Source: Polyangia bacterium
GTDB lineage: Bacteria > Myxococcota_A > Polyangia > Fen-1088
Length of the DNA stretch: 64,000 nucleotides
Assembly: GCA_035578045.1 (NCBI GenBank)
Contig: DATJWP010000096.1
Coordinates: forward strand, 18,623-82,622
Direction: 5' to 3'
In this document: piece by piece, positions 17,605 through 26,807 of the stretch
Layout of the letters: the number at the start of each line of letters is the position of its first letter
Numbering within the stretch: the stretch's first letter is position 1
Notes under the pieces: generated by a model
Databases searched by the model: none
Told to the model about the DNA's origin: nothing
Seen by the model: only the letters and a program-made list of their open reading frames with translations
Made by a program: the position numbers and the translations under genes

Positions 17605-18849
17605 GTGCGCACCCTTAGCCTCGTCTCCAGTGGACGATGGGCGCTGGTTCTGGCGCTCGTCCTACCCGCCTGCGCGAACCGCGGTATGGAAGGACCCGAC
17701 TCTGACGGGACGGGCGGGTCGCTCGGCACCGGCGGCAGCGTCGGCACCGGCGGCAGCGTCGCGACCGGCGGCGCTTCGGGCAAAGGTGGCTCGACCGGCG
17801 GCAGCGGGGGTCGAGGCGGCACCGTGGGGACGGGCGGGAGTGTCGGCACCGGCGGCACGACGGGCACGGGCGGCACCACCGGCACGGGCGGCGCCACCGG
17901 AACGGGCGGCACGACTGGCACCGGGGGCACGACCGGGACGGGCGGCACGACCGGCACCGGCGGCGCGGCCGGGAGCGCCGGGACGACCGGCACCGGCGGT
18001 CAGGCCGGAAGCTCCGGGACCGGTGGCGTGGCCGGAGCGGGCGGCGGCACGGGCGGCACGGCAGGCAGCGCGGGCGGCGCGGCCGGCAAGGGGATGGCCG
18101 GCGCGGGTGGCGCCGCGGGTGGTGGCGGCACGGGCGGCGCCGCGGGCTCCGCCGCCGGCAACGGCGGGCACGGCGGAGCCGGAGGCGCCGCGGGCTCCGG
18201 CAGCAACGTCTGCGAAGCGTCCACCACGCTCGACTGCACGACAGCCGGCGCCCTGACGCTGATGCCCGACGGCCTGGTCACGGATTTCTCTCCGGCGCAG
18301 TGGTCGTCGACGACCATGCTCTGGTGCGACGCCGACGGCCTGTCCGGCCAGACCTACAGCTTCGCGGGCACGGGCGCCGCCAGCGTGGTCACCGTCGACA
18401 CGACCGCCAACAACCTCAAGATGGCCCTGACCGTGCCTGCCAACGGGTACGCCGGTGGCGGCATCCTGTTCTACTCGTGCGTGAACGCCTCCAGCTTCAA
18501 CACGCTGTCGTTCAGCGCCGTGGTGCCGTCGGGCGGGGGCTCCCTCACCGGTTGCAACTGGGAGGTGCAGCTGCAGACGCAGGACGAGCGCCCGACCACC
18601 GCGACGATGCCCAGCGGCGGAACCTGCACCGCCAGCAGCTGCTACCAGGCGCCCGCGGTCACCAACCTGCAGGGCCCGACCGCCGCCGGGCACGTGTACA
18701 CCCAGCTTTTCACGGCCTTCACAGGAGGCGGCACCTTGACCGCTCCGCTGGCGACGCAGATCGTGGGCGTGCAGTGGCAGGTCAACGGCGGCAGCAGCGG
18801 CTGCACCGTCGAGCTGCACACCGACGACATCAAGTTCATCACGCAGTAG
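17605..18849 (+). CDS. Secreted lipoprotein with a G/T-rich repeat linker and a C-terminal carbohydrate-binding-like beta-sandwich
   Basis: GTG start and lipobox LPAC. About 170 aa of GTGG-type repeats. The C-terminus ends in TVELHTDDIKFI, as CBM-type domains do. Confidence 0.6.
   Translation: MRTLSLVSSGRWALVLALVLPACANRGMEGPDSDGTGGSLGTGGSVGTGGSVATGGASGKGGSTGGSGGRGGTVGTGGSVGTGGTTGTGGTTGTGGATGTGGTTGTGGTTGTGGTTGTGGAAGSAGTTGTGGQAGSSGTGGVAGAGGGTGGTAGSAGGAAGKGMAGAGGAAGGGGTGGAAGSAAGNGGHGGAGGAAGSGSNVCEASTTLDCTTAGALTLMPDGLVTDFSPAQWSSTTMLWCDADGLSGQTYSFAGTGAASVVTVDTTANNLKMALTVPANGYAGGGILFYSCVNASSFNTLSFSAVVPSGGGSLTGCNWEVQLQTQDERPTTATMPSGGTCTASSCYQAPAVTNLQGPTAAGHVYTQLFTAFTGGGTLTAPLATQIVGVQWQVNGGSSGCTVELHTDDIKFITQ
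17845..17965 (+). repeat. 18-nt (GTGGTT hexapeptide) tandem coding repeat
   Basis: ggcacSggcggcacSacS units are repeated about 6-7 times and translate to GTGGTTGTGGTTGTGGATGTGGTT... Confidence 0.6.
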
Positions 18850-18878
18850 CGCCAGCTCCCACGCACCAGCGTGAGCCT

Positions 18879-18897
18879 CACCGGCCCATAACCGGTG
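18879..18897 (+). terminator. Weak hairpin after gene 17605..18849
   Basis: CACCGG-cccataa-CCGGTG lies 30 nt after the stop. There is no U-tract. Confidence 0.25.
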
Positions 18898-19051
18898 GCC
18901 GGGACGTGGGGTGGGCTCGGAAGGCGTGGACCCACGCGGCTCGTCGCCGGTCACGAACAGCCGGCCGCCTGTGCGCGACCTCGCCCGACTTGAATTGAGC
19001 GGATGTTCCGGGCGCCGGGCGCGCGGGGGATGTGATGAGGGGAGCGAGGCG

Positions 19052-20356
19052 CTAGCGGCGGCGGCGGCGGGCGAAGGTCAGGGTCAGGCCGAGGAGCAGC
19101 AGGACTGCGCCGGTGCTGGTGGTCTCGCCGCGCACGGCGCAGGAGCAACCGTTCGAGCCAGAGTCGTTGCCGGCGCCGCTGTCGCCGCCGGTGGCCACCG
19201 TGCCGCCGCTGCCGGTGGTGATCGTGCCGCCGGTGCCGAGGATGCCACCGGTGCCGGTGCCGCCGGTGCCGGTGCCGCCGGTGCCGAGGATGCCGCCGGT
19301 GCCGAGGATGCCGCCGGTGCCGGTGCCACCGGTGCCGGTGCCGCCGGTCCCGTGGCCGCCGCCGCCGGCCATGCCGGCGCCCGCGTGGCCGCCGGCGCCG
19401 CCGGCCGCGGCGCCGCCCGAGCCGCCGGTCGCCCCGCCGCTCATGCCGCCGCCGCCGGTGGTGGAGGTGGTCGACAGGCCGCAGGCGCCCGTGGGCTTGT
19501 CGAGGCCCAGGAAGCTGATGACCTGGCCGTTGAGGTTGGCGCCGGTCAGGTCGTGCATCTGGCTGCTGGGGCCCAGGTTCGTCTGCAATCTCACGTTGCC
19601 GTTGCTGTCCTTGTACTCGGTTCGCGTCCACCCGCTGGGGGCGCCGCTGCCCGACATCCCGGACCCGAGGCCCGCCAGGTTCTGGATCTCACTCACCACG
19701 ACCGGGAGCCAGTAGTTGAAGTCGTACTGGTCGCCGCCGCCCACCCACTGCTGAGAGCAGGGGTACTGGCCGCTCCACTGGAACACGCCTTTCACCGTGT
19801 TCGCGTAGGAGGTGCCGTCGTTGCTGGACGGCTTCTGGCCGCACAGCTGGCACTGGGTGTCGTTCTTCGGCCAGGCGCCGGCCGGGAAGCCGGGCAACGC
19901 AGAGCCGCCCGCGAAGACGTCCGGGTAGACGGCGAGCAGCGTGTTGGTCATGCACCCGCCCGAGGAATACCCGGCTGCGAACACGCGCGTGGCATCGGCG
20001 TGCTTGTTCGTGATCAGGTACTTGACCATGGTCACGATGGCCAGCTTGTCACCGTCGCGGCTGGCGCTCGAGTCGAAGCAGTTCTTTCCCGCGTTCGGAG
20101 CGATGATGTAAAAGCCGTTGGTGTCAGCGGCCGACTGGAACCAGCTGTGGGCGTTCCCGGAGTTTCCGCTGCAGTAGTGAATCGCGACCAGGATCGCCGG
20201 CGGGTTGGCCAGCGTGGTCGGGGTGTAAAGGTCGCCCTGCAGGGTGGCCCCGAAGGCGTAGTTGGTCTGCCAGGCACCCGCTCGCGCCTCCGACGCCGTC
20301 AGGAGTCCGACGGCAGCCGCGACGAGAGCAACCGCATAGCTTCGGGATCGAGTCAT
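19052..20356 (-). CDS. PHB-depolymerase-family (CE1-like) esterase with a Gly-rich linker and a MYXO-CTERM sorting tag
   Basis: Signal peptide. Esterase motifs LVAIHYCSGNSGNAHSWF and the nucleophile elbow GYSSGG. The C-terminus is GCSCAV..GAVLLLLGLTLTFARRRRR. Confidence 0.8.
   Translation of the reverse strand: MTRSRSYAVALVAAAVGLLTASEARAGAWQTNYAFGATLQGDLYTPTTLANPPAILVAIHYCSGNSGNAHSWFQSAADTNGFYIIAPNAGKNCFDSSASRDGDKLAIVTMVKYLITNKHADATRVFAAGYSSGGCMTNTLLAVYPDVFAGGSALPGFPAGAWPKNDTQCQLCGQKPSSNDGTSYANTVKGVFQWSGQYPCSQQWVGGGDQYDFNYWLPVVVSEIQNLAGLGSGMSGSGAPSGWTRTEYKDSNGNVRLQTNLGPSSQMHDLTGANLNGQVISFLGLDKPTGACGLSTTSTTGGGGMSGGATGGSGGAAAGGAGGHAGAGMAGGGGHGTGGTGTGGTGTGGILGTGGILGTGGTGTGGTGTGGILGTGGTITTGSGGTVATGGDSGAGNDSGSNGCSCAVRGETTSTGAVLLLLGLTLTFARRRRR
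19225..19348 (-). repeat. Tandem coding repeats (GTGGT / GTGGIL units)
   Basis: The plus strand reads repeated gccgccggtgccgaggat and gccRccggtgccggt units. The minus-strand translation is GTGGTGTGGTGTGGILGTGGILGTGGTGTGGTGTGGILGTGG. Confidence 0.55.
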
Positions 20357-20454
20357 GGCTCAAATACCTCCGGGGGGAGACTGAGCCTACTCGCCAGAAC
20401 CGGCGAGATCTTCGCAGGTCTGGATCCTGCGCTGAGCCAAATATGCGAGTTGGC

Positions 20455-21282
20455 TCAATAGAACGAGATGTCGTCGACCCAGAAGTCGAAGATCTCGTTC
20501 ACGTAGAAGTTGAAGTCGACCGAATAGATGGCGCTGGTGTCCAGGGCGGCCTCCTGCAGGCCGAAGTTGCGCTGGCCCAGCCCGGCGAACGGGATGCGGT
20601 ACTGTGTCCAGCGCGTACTGAGCTGCGTCAGGTCGACGCCGAACTCGTCGTAGCAGGCGGTCGAGCCGGTCGAGACCGACGCGTCGCAGACTCCGCCCTC
20701 GGGGCGCGTGTACTTGTCGCTCACGGCAAAGCGCACCTGATTGGCGGAGGTGTCGCCGATGCGCGCCCAGAACGTGATGCCCGTGCGGGTGTGCGCGTCG
20801 TAGGGGAGCAGCCCGGCCGCCCCGCCGTCGACCGCTCCGTAGCGCATCGACGCCGTCGCCTCGGCCCAGCTGGTGAAGCCCTGTCCCGTCACGTGGATCG
20901 CGTACTTGCTGCCGCAGCGCCCGCCGTTCGGGATCAGCTCGGCCTGGGCGTCGCCGTTGGGGACGATGGTGGCGTTGGGCGAGAGCGCGTCACCGCCCGC
21001 CCACCAGCCGCCGTTTCGCCCCCCCTCCATCAGGATCGCCGGATCGGGCGCCTCCATGTCGTCGATCATGGCCGTTGGATCGACCGGGCCGCCGGCGTCA
21101 GGGCAGCTGGCCGCGGTCGAGCTGGACCCGCCGCCACCGCCGCCCGCGCCCGACGCGCCGCCCGACCCGGCTGCCGCCACGGGGCCGCCGGGCGGCGACG
21201 CCGCGTCCGATCCGCAGCCGGCGCCCACTCCCCAGGCCGCGGCCAGCGCGCAGGCGACGAACCAGCTGCTCCTCTGTGTCAT
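20455..21282 (-). CDS. Lipoprotein with a carbohydrate-binding-module-like domain
   Basis: This is the 3' part of composite track ORF 20455..22776. ATG at 21282 is preceded by AGGAGG with a 6-nt spacer. Lipobox GAGCG. The C-terminus is FDFWVDDISFY. Confidence 0.65.
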   Translation of the reverse strand: MTQRSSWFVACALAAAWGVGAGCGSDAASPPGGPVAAAGSGGASGAGGGGGGSSSTAASCPDAGGPVDPTAMIDDMEAPDPAILMEGGRNGGWWAGGDALSPNATIVPNGDAQAELIPNGGRCGSKYAIHVTGQGFTSWAEATASMRYGAVDGGAAGLLPYDAHTRTGITFWARIGDTSANQVRFAVSDKYTRPEGGVCDASVSTGSTACYDEFGVDLTQLSTRWTQYRIPFAGLGQRNFGLQEAALDTSAIYSVDFNFYVNEIFDFWVDDISFY

Positions 21283-21299
21283 CGGCGTCCTCCTCATGC

Positions 21300-22622
21300 T
21301 CACACGAAACCGGCCAGCGGACCGCTGCACCAGCTGGCCTGGCCGAACGTCGTGTCTGGGATGTCCATCGCGTTCAGGATCGACAGCAGCAGGTTGTTGT
21401 GGGCCAGCCCCTGTCCCTCGAAGTCGAGGTATCGCCCGGTCACCAGCGGACCGCCGCCGGTTCCCGCCAGCACGTAGGGGGCGTCCTGCCGGCTGTGGGT
21501 GTTCCCCTTGGCCAGCTCGTTGCACCAGAGCACCAGCGTGTTGTCGAACAGCGTCCCGCCGCCCGCGTCCGGCGTCGCCTTGAGGCGCGCGATCAGCCCC
21601 GCCATCTGCTGCGCGTACCAGCCGTTGATCTGCGTCAGCTTGCTGACCGCGTCGGTGTCGCTGTCGCTCCGGTGCGAGAGGTCGTGGTGGCCGTCGGAGA
21701 TGCCCAGCCAGGTGAACCTGACCTGCGACACCGAGCGCGACCACTGCAGCGACGCGACCCGGGTCAGGTCGCACGCCAGCGCCATGGTGAGCAGGTCCAT
21801 CTGGATCGCGCCCACCGCCGGGAAGGAGTCGTTCGACTGGGCCGAGACCGGCGGGACGGCGGGGTCGGCGCAGGCCGGGTTGTTCTCGACCAGGCTGGTG
21901 GTGAGGCGCGTCTCGATCTCCCGGATCGCCGTCAGGTGCTGGTCCAGCCGCTGCTTGTCGGCGCTGCTGATCTGGCCCCCGATCCGCGTGTACTCGGCGC
22001 CGACCGCGTCCAGGATCGACTTGTGCCGGGCGCGCTCGCGCGCCAGCACGGTGGGGTCGGTGTGCAGATCGGAGAAGATGGTGTCGTAGACCGCCACCGG
22101 ATCGTCGGTCGGCGGCAGCGGCTGGTTGGCGGCGCGGTAGATCATCCGCCCCCAGTCGTCGGCGGCGCCCACCTGGACCCCGAGCTCGAGCGACCGGAAG
22201 GGCGTGGGCGCGGCCAGCGCCTCGGCGATGCGCTGGTCGACCGAAGGCCCGGTGGCCCAGCCGGCGGGTGGCGCGCCGACGCCGGCGAAGGGCCCGGGGT
22301 TCAGCGGCGTGCCGGTCAGCATTCCGCTGATCCCGTTCTGGTGCCCGTCGCCGCCGCCCCCCTGCTGCAGGAGCCCCTGCACGATCACCAGGTCGCCCTG
22401 GTGGGGCGCCAGCGGCGACAGGATGGGCGACAGCGTGAAGTCGAGCTCGGTGCCGGTCGGCGTCCAGGCCGGCAGCGTGCCGTTGGCCGAAAACATCACC
22501 ACGAACCGCCTGGGCGAAGTCCCGGCGCGGGCGCGGCGCGGGCGCATCGCCTCGAGGAAGGGGAGGGCGATGGCGGCGCCCCCCAGACCGCGCAGGACCG
22601 TCCGTCGCGAGAGCCTTTTCAT
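21300..22622 (-). CDS. DUF1552 domain protein with a Tat-type signal
   Basis: MKRLSRRTVLRGLGGAAIALPFLEAM is followed by a DUF1552-like core. The start overlaps the upstream stop (ATGA). Confidence 0.8.
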   Translation of the reverse strand: MKRLSRRTVLRGLGGAAIALPFLEAMRPRRARAGTSPRRFVVMFSANGTLPAWTPTGTELDFTLSPILSPLAPHQGDLVIVQGLLQQGGGGDGHQNGISGMLTGTPLNPGPFAGVGAPPAGWATGPSVDQRIAEALAAPTPFRSLELGVQVGAADDWGRMIYRAANQPLPPTDDPVAVYDTIFSDLHTDPTVLARERARHKSILDAVGAEYTRIGGQISSADKQRLDQHLTAIREIETRLTTSLVENNPACADPAVPPVSAQSNDSFPAVGAIQMDLLTMALACDLTRVASLQWSRSVSQVRFTWLGISDGHHDLSHRSDSDTDAVSKLTQINGWYAQQMAGLIARLKATPDAGGGTLFDNTLVLWCNELAKGNTHSRQDAPYVLAGTGGGPLVTGRYLDFEGQGLAHNNLLLSILNAMDIPDTTFGQASWCSGPLAGFV

Positions 22623-24223
22623 GGTTGCGACTCCGGTGGGAGGTTGCGGAACTCGGCCATGCGGACGGTCTGGCGGACCATCTGCTTGAAGTCGCCCCCC
22701 GGCGCCGACAGGGTCGCGGCCAGCGCCGCGATCGTGCACAGGTCCCCGCCGGTCTGCTCGCTGCGCCCGAAGGCATAGCGGAACCACTGGGTCGCCGCGC
22801 AGCTGGCCACCTGGGCGCTGCCGGCCAGCTTGGTGGCCAGGCTGGGGATGCCGTCCAGGTCGCCGTCGACGTCGGTGTCGGTCAGCGAGCCGGTCGCGTC
22901 GACCGGCTGATCGGCGTCGGTGTCGCGCCAGACGCCGGTGGCGTCCATGTGCTCGAACGCGAACCCGATCGGGTCCATGTACTCGTGGCAGCTGGCGCAG
23001 AACGGATCGGCGGTGTGCTGCGCGAAGCGCTGGCGGGTCGGCAGCCGCGGGTCGACGACCGGCGGCGCCACCACGACCGTCGGCGGCGGCGGGGGCGGCG
23101 GATGACAGAAGAGCTGCGCCCGCACGAACTTGCCGCGCAGGACCGGCGACGTCTGGTCGGCCTTGGCGTGCACGGCCAGGAAAGCCCCCTGGGTCAGCAT
23201 CCCGGCGGCCCGGGTGGGATCCAGCGCGATGCGCTGGTAGCCGGTCCCGGCCGGTGCGGGCAGGCCGTAGTACGAGGCCAGCGACGCGTCGGCGAAGGTC
23301 ACCGGCGCGGTGAGCAGCGAAGCCAGCGTCGGCCCGCTGTTCCAGGCATCGGCCAGGAACATCGACGTCTCGGTGGCCAGCGCCGCCGGCGTGTCGTCGG
23401 TCCAGTTCCGGAGCAGCGAGCGGTTCTTGTCGATCGTGTCGATGCCTTCGACCTCCCACCACTCGCTGGCGAAGTGGACGAACAGATCCGCGGCGCGCCC
23501 GGCGGCCAGCAGGCGGTCGGTCTGGGCCAGCAGGCCGGATTCCGTGGCCAGGTCACCCCGCTCGGCGGCTTGCAGCAGCGTCTCGTCGGGCGGCGCCGCG
23601 GTCAGCATGAACGCCAGGCGGGTCGCGAGCGCGTACCCGTCCAGCGCCGGTTCCGGCCGATACAGGAACTGCGGCGCCTGCAACATCGCCGCGACCACGC
23701 CCTGGACGCCGTCCGCCGGCCCCGGAGCGGCGGTGGCGGCATAGAGCTGCAGCATCGCCTGCTGTTCGTCGCCGGTCAGCGCGCGGCGCCAGGCACGGCG
23801 CCCGAAGGCGCCGGTGAACGCAGCCACGCAGCCCGCGTCGCCCGCCGTCGGATCGCAGCTGCCGAACGCCGCCAGCAGCGGCGCGTTCGCGACCAGCGCC
23901 GCCGCCGCCTGCTCCGCCGCTTCCAGATAGCGTTCGGCGTGCAGGCTCGAAACGCTGTACACGGTGGCGATGTCGTCGAAGTCCATCGTCTCCTCGTCCG
24001 GCGGCAGGTTCTGCGCGATGGAGGGATCGACGCCGGTCAGATCGGCCAGCGCGTGACCGTACTCGAAGCGCGTGATCCGGCGCAGCGGCGCCGGGCCGGG
24101 GTCGGTGGCGCACAGCGGCGAGCTGGTGGTCGTCGTCGTTCCGGCGCCGCCGGAGTGACAGCCCGACAAGGCCGACAGCAGCACACACAGAGGCAGTCTG
24201 CGCAGCATCGGGCGACCTCCCAT
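22619..24223 (-). CDS. DUF1587/DUF1592/DUF1595/DUF1588/DUF1585-type protein (cytochrome-like CxxCH)
   Basis: Lipobox LSGCH. Motifs RRITRFEYGHALADLTG, TSPVLRGKFVRAQLFC..PPPPPP and CASCHEYMDPIGFAFE are typical of this Planctomycete/Myxobacterial family. Confidence 0.8.
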   Translation of the reverse strand: MGGRPMLRRLPLCVLLSALSGCHSGGAGTTTTTSSPLCATDPGPAPLRRITRFEYGHALADLTGVDPSIAQNLPPDEETMDFDDIATVYSVSSLHAERYLEAAEQAAAALVANAPLLAAFGSCDPTAGDAGCVAAFTGAFGRRAWRRALTGDEQQAMLQLYAATAAPGPADGVQGVVAAMLQAPQFLYRPEPALDGYALATRLAFMLTAAPPDETLLQAAERGDLATESGLLAQTDRLLAAGRAADLFVHFASEWWEVEGIDTIDKNRSLLRNWTDDTPAALATETSMFLADAWNSGPTLASLLTAPVTFADASLASYYGLPAPAGTGYQRIALDPTRAAGMLTQGAFLAVHAKADQTSPVLRGKFVRAQLFCHPPPPPPPTVVVAPPVVDPRLPTRQRFAQHTADPFCASCHEYMDPIGFAFEHMDATGVWRDTDADQPVDATGSLTDTDVDGDLDGIPSLATKLAGSAQVASCAATQWFRYAFGRSEQTGGDLCTIAALAATLSAPGGDFKQMVRQTVRMAEFRNLPPESQP

Positions 24224-24292
24224 GATCCAAAAGAGTCGCCTCCGGGCGCGCGCGGCGCACGTATTTTACGACCGCGGGCTTATAGTCGCCGC

Positions 24293-26425
24293 ATGCGACG
24301 GGGATGGGCGGTGGCTCTGGCGGCCGGGGCCGTGCTGGGGGCGTGCGGGGGTGGTGGCGCCGGTCCGGGAAGCGGCGCCGGACGGGGCGGCGGTCAGGCC
24401 GCCATGGGCGGGGCCGGCGCGGGCGGCGGCGGACCTGGCGGTCAAGCTGGAGCGCGCGCCGACGGGGGCGCGCCCGACGGCTCGCTGTCGACGGGCACGT
24501 TTCCCTACCCGGGGCGCTGGTGGGCGTCGCTGAGCGGCGCGCAGGGCGACGGGGGCGCGGCGGTCGACCGCGGTCCGTTCGTCATCCACTGGAGCGCCAC
24601 CGACCCGAGCGACCGGGGTCTTTGGACGCGCTTCGGCGTGTATCCGCTGGCCGCCAGCACCGCGACCGACGGCAGCACGACCTTGCTGATGGACGCGCCC
24701 GGCACCAGCGGGTGCTGGTCGATCTACGCGACCGCCGACGTCCAGTCGCTGCAGGTCCAGCCCTGCAACCAGTCACCCTCGTCAGGAACACCGCCGCTCG
24801 GGTTCTTCGACGATCATCCCCGGCTGCTGGCCGAGATCCCGCTGCCGCCCCTGGGCCCCAGCAGCAACACGCTGCTCACGGTGAACGCCGGGACGACCGG
24901 CCCGGCCAACGGCGGCGGCGACTGGGCTGTCTTCTCGATCGGTGCCGAGACCTGGTACTGGCGCGCCGACCTGGGCCGTGCGTTCGATCTGGGCCGTAAC
25001 GTGGGGACGTCGGCGGTGGGCTCGCCGGATGGGCACTGGCTGCTGTTTCTGGGTCCCGGCAGCACCGGGCAGCAGTTCCCGTCGCTGGATGCCCTGAACA
25101 CGATGACCGGGACGACCACCAAGATCGCCGACTCGTCGGTCAGTCTGCCGGTGTTCTCGCCCGACAGCCGGCGCGCCGCGTTCTACGCCAACGCCCCGTT
25201 TCAGAGCCGAGGCGACCTGGTGACGTACGAGTTCGCCAGCGGCCAGACCACCACCCTGGCCCCGCACGCCTACGCCGATCCCGGAACCGCATCGACCGTC
25301 GCGTTCTTTGCCAGCGGCGATCGGGTGGTCTTCGCCGCCTACGACGCGTCGACGTCGTTCTCATCCGGATCGATCCCCATGTACGCCTACGACTTCACGA
25401 CGGCCGACATGCTGTCGTTCGGCGACTCCATGACGCTGACGCCGTTTCCGGGGCAAGCGTATGTCGCTCTCCAGACCGTGACCGACCAGGCCACGGGCGA
25501 CGGTCAGGTGCTGCTGCTGCACGACGAGCCGGGCCTGGCCCCGAAGGTGCTGGCAGAGGCCGACAGCGGCGCCGGCGTCTGGCCGGACGCGACCGGGACC
25601 CAGGTCGCGTACGTGAGCGGCGGCGTGCTGAGCATCGCCGCCGTCGCCGGCACCCCGCCGCTCACCCTGCCCGGGGACGCGGTCCCGTTCGGCGTCGTGG
25701 CGGGGCCGGTTCGCGCCGAGGAGACCACGCCCGGCCGGCCGGTGGCCGCCTGGTTCGCCAGCACGGGCGGGATCGTTCATCAGGTCCTGGGGAGCGGCCA
25801 GTACGAGCTGCGCAACGACGATCCCACCACGAACCTGACCACCGCCTTCCCGATCCCCGACGGCTGGACGTTCACCTTGGTGTCACCGCTGGGGGACGTC
25901 GTCCTCACCAGCGGCGATTCGGCCGCCGCGGTCGTCTGGCCGAACGCGCCCCTGAACCTGAACGCGCCGCCCGGGGCGCTGAGCCAGCTCTACCAGACGG
26001 TCTACGTGTTCTCGGCCAGCGATCGCTACCTGACCTATCAGATGGACAGCTATCTGATGGTCCACGATTTCGTCAGCTCGACCACCACCCAGCTCTCGTC
26101 GCTGGCGGTGTCGGGGACCAGCGTGACCAGCCCGCAGACCGCGGTCTCGGTGGTCTGGCTCGACAGCAGCACGCCGATGAAAGCCTACGCGCCGGACGGC
26201 ACGTCGTGGACGCTGCCCGGGCCCGGGACGGGGCCGCTGATGAACCCTTCGGGAACCGCGATGGGCTACGAGGGGTCCGCGAACAGCGCCACCTACCTGA
26301 TGCGCATGCAGGCCGGCGCCACCCCGGTGATCGTCGGCAACGGAGCGCCGGTGGCCGTCACCGACACGCAGGTGATCTTCCGGGACGTCGACGGGGTGTG
26401 CGCGGTGGCGCTGCCGGCGCCCTGA
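24293..26425 (+). CDS. Lipoprotein with PD40/TolB-like beta-propeller repeats
   Basis: In-frame ATG at 24293 of track ORF 22625..26425 (the upstream part is a shadow of the minus-strand gene). Lipobox LGACGG. Motifs SPDGHWLLF and FSPDSRRAAFYA. Confidence 0.6.
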   Translation: MRRGWAVALAAGAVLGACGGGGAGPGSGAGRGGGQAAMGGAGAGGGGPGGQAGARADGGAPDGSLSTGTFPYPGRWWASLSGAQGDGGAAVDRGPFVIHWSATDPSDRGLWTRFGVYPLAASTATDGSTTLLMDAPGTSGCWSIYATADVQSLQVQPCNQSPSSGTPPLGFFDDHPRLLAEIPLPPLGPSSNTLLTVNAGTTGPANGGGDWAVFSIGAETWYWRADLGRAFDLGRNVGTSAVGSPDGHWLLFLGPGSTGQQFPSLDALNTMTGTTTKIADSSVSLPVFSPDSRRAAFYANAPFQSRGDLVTYEFASGQTTTLAPHAYADPGTASTVAFFASGDRVVFAAYDASTSFSSGSIPMYAYDFTTADMLSFGDSMTLTPFPGQAYVALQTVTDQATGDGQVLLLHDEPGLAPKVLAEADSGAGVWPDATGTQVAYVSGGVLSIAAVAGTPPLTLPGDAVPFGVVAGPVRAEETTPGRPVAAWFASTGGIVHQVLGSGQYELRNDDPTTNLTTAFPIPDGWTFTLVSPLGDVVLTSGDSAAAVVWPNAPLNLNAPPGALSQLYQTVYVFSASDRYLTYQMDSYLMVHDFVSSTTTQLSSLAVSGTSVTSPQTAVSVVWLDSSTPMKAYAPDGTSWTLPGPGTGPLMNPSGTAMGYEGSANSATYLMRMQAGATPVIVGNGAPVAVTDTQVIFRDVDGVCAVALPAP

Positions 26426-26437
26426 GCGCGCCCGCCG

Positions 26438-26711
26438 TCACCAGTGCAGGTGCCAGCCGGAGGCGCGGGCGCCCCACGCCAGCACGGTGAAGCGGGCGAA
26501 CCGCAGCACCAGCATCAGCGGCAGCAACCGAAGAGGACGCGGCGCGACGCCGGGGACCAGCGCGGCCGTCACCGAGACCGGCGGCGACCAGCCCGATCGT
26601 GAGCGGCGACCGCCGTCGCTGCGCGCCGGCCAGCGCCGTGGCGGCCTCCGGGCTGACGAGCCAGAAGACCGTGCCGATGAACGCGACGGCGGCCAGGCTG
26701 AGGAGCGACAT
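26438..26711 (-). pseudogene. Small YqaA/DedA-like membrane protein, apparently split by a +1 frameshift
   Basis: The N-terminal half MSLLSLAAVAFIGTVFWLVSPEAATALAG..TIGLVAAG lies in one frame. The membrane-like C-terminal half VTAALVPGV..LLPLMLVLRFARFTVLAWG continues in another frame and ends at 26438. Both alternative continuations are Arg/Pro-rich junk. Confidence 0.3.
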
Positions 26712-26724
26712 GTTCGCGGACAAG

Positions 26725-26751
26725 CGTACCTGAACGATCGATGCAGGTACG
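26725..26751 (-). terminator. Hairpin downstream of the bactofilin operon
   Basis: CGTACCTG-aacgatcgatg-CAGGTACG forms an 8-bp stem 57 nt after the bactofilin stop. No clear U-tract. Confidence 0.35.
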
Positions 26752-26807
26752 GTGAACAGCCGCCGACGTTTCGGGGACGACAGCCGCTTCTGAGCTCGAT
26801 CAAAACG

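Noticed and set aside
20455-26425. Track ORFs 20455..22776 (773 aa), 21300..23462 (720 aa) and 22625..26425 (1266 aa), each taken as a single gene.
   Set aside because: Only the 3' parts carry signal peptides or lipoboxes with good internal starts and RBS or ATGA coupling. The 5' extensions run through neighbouring genes in junk-like frames. I trimmed them to 20455..21282, 21300..22622 and 24293..26425.
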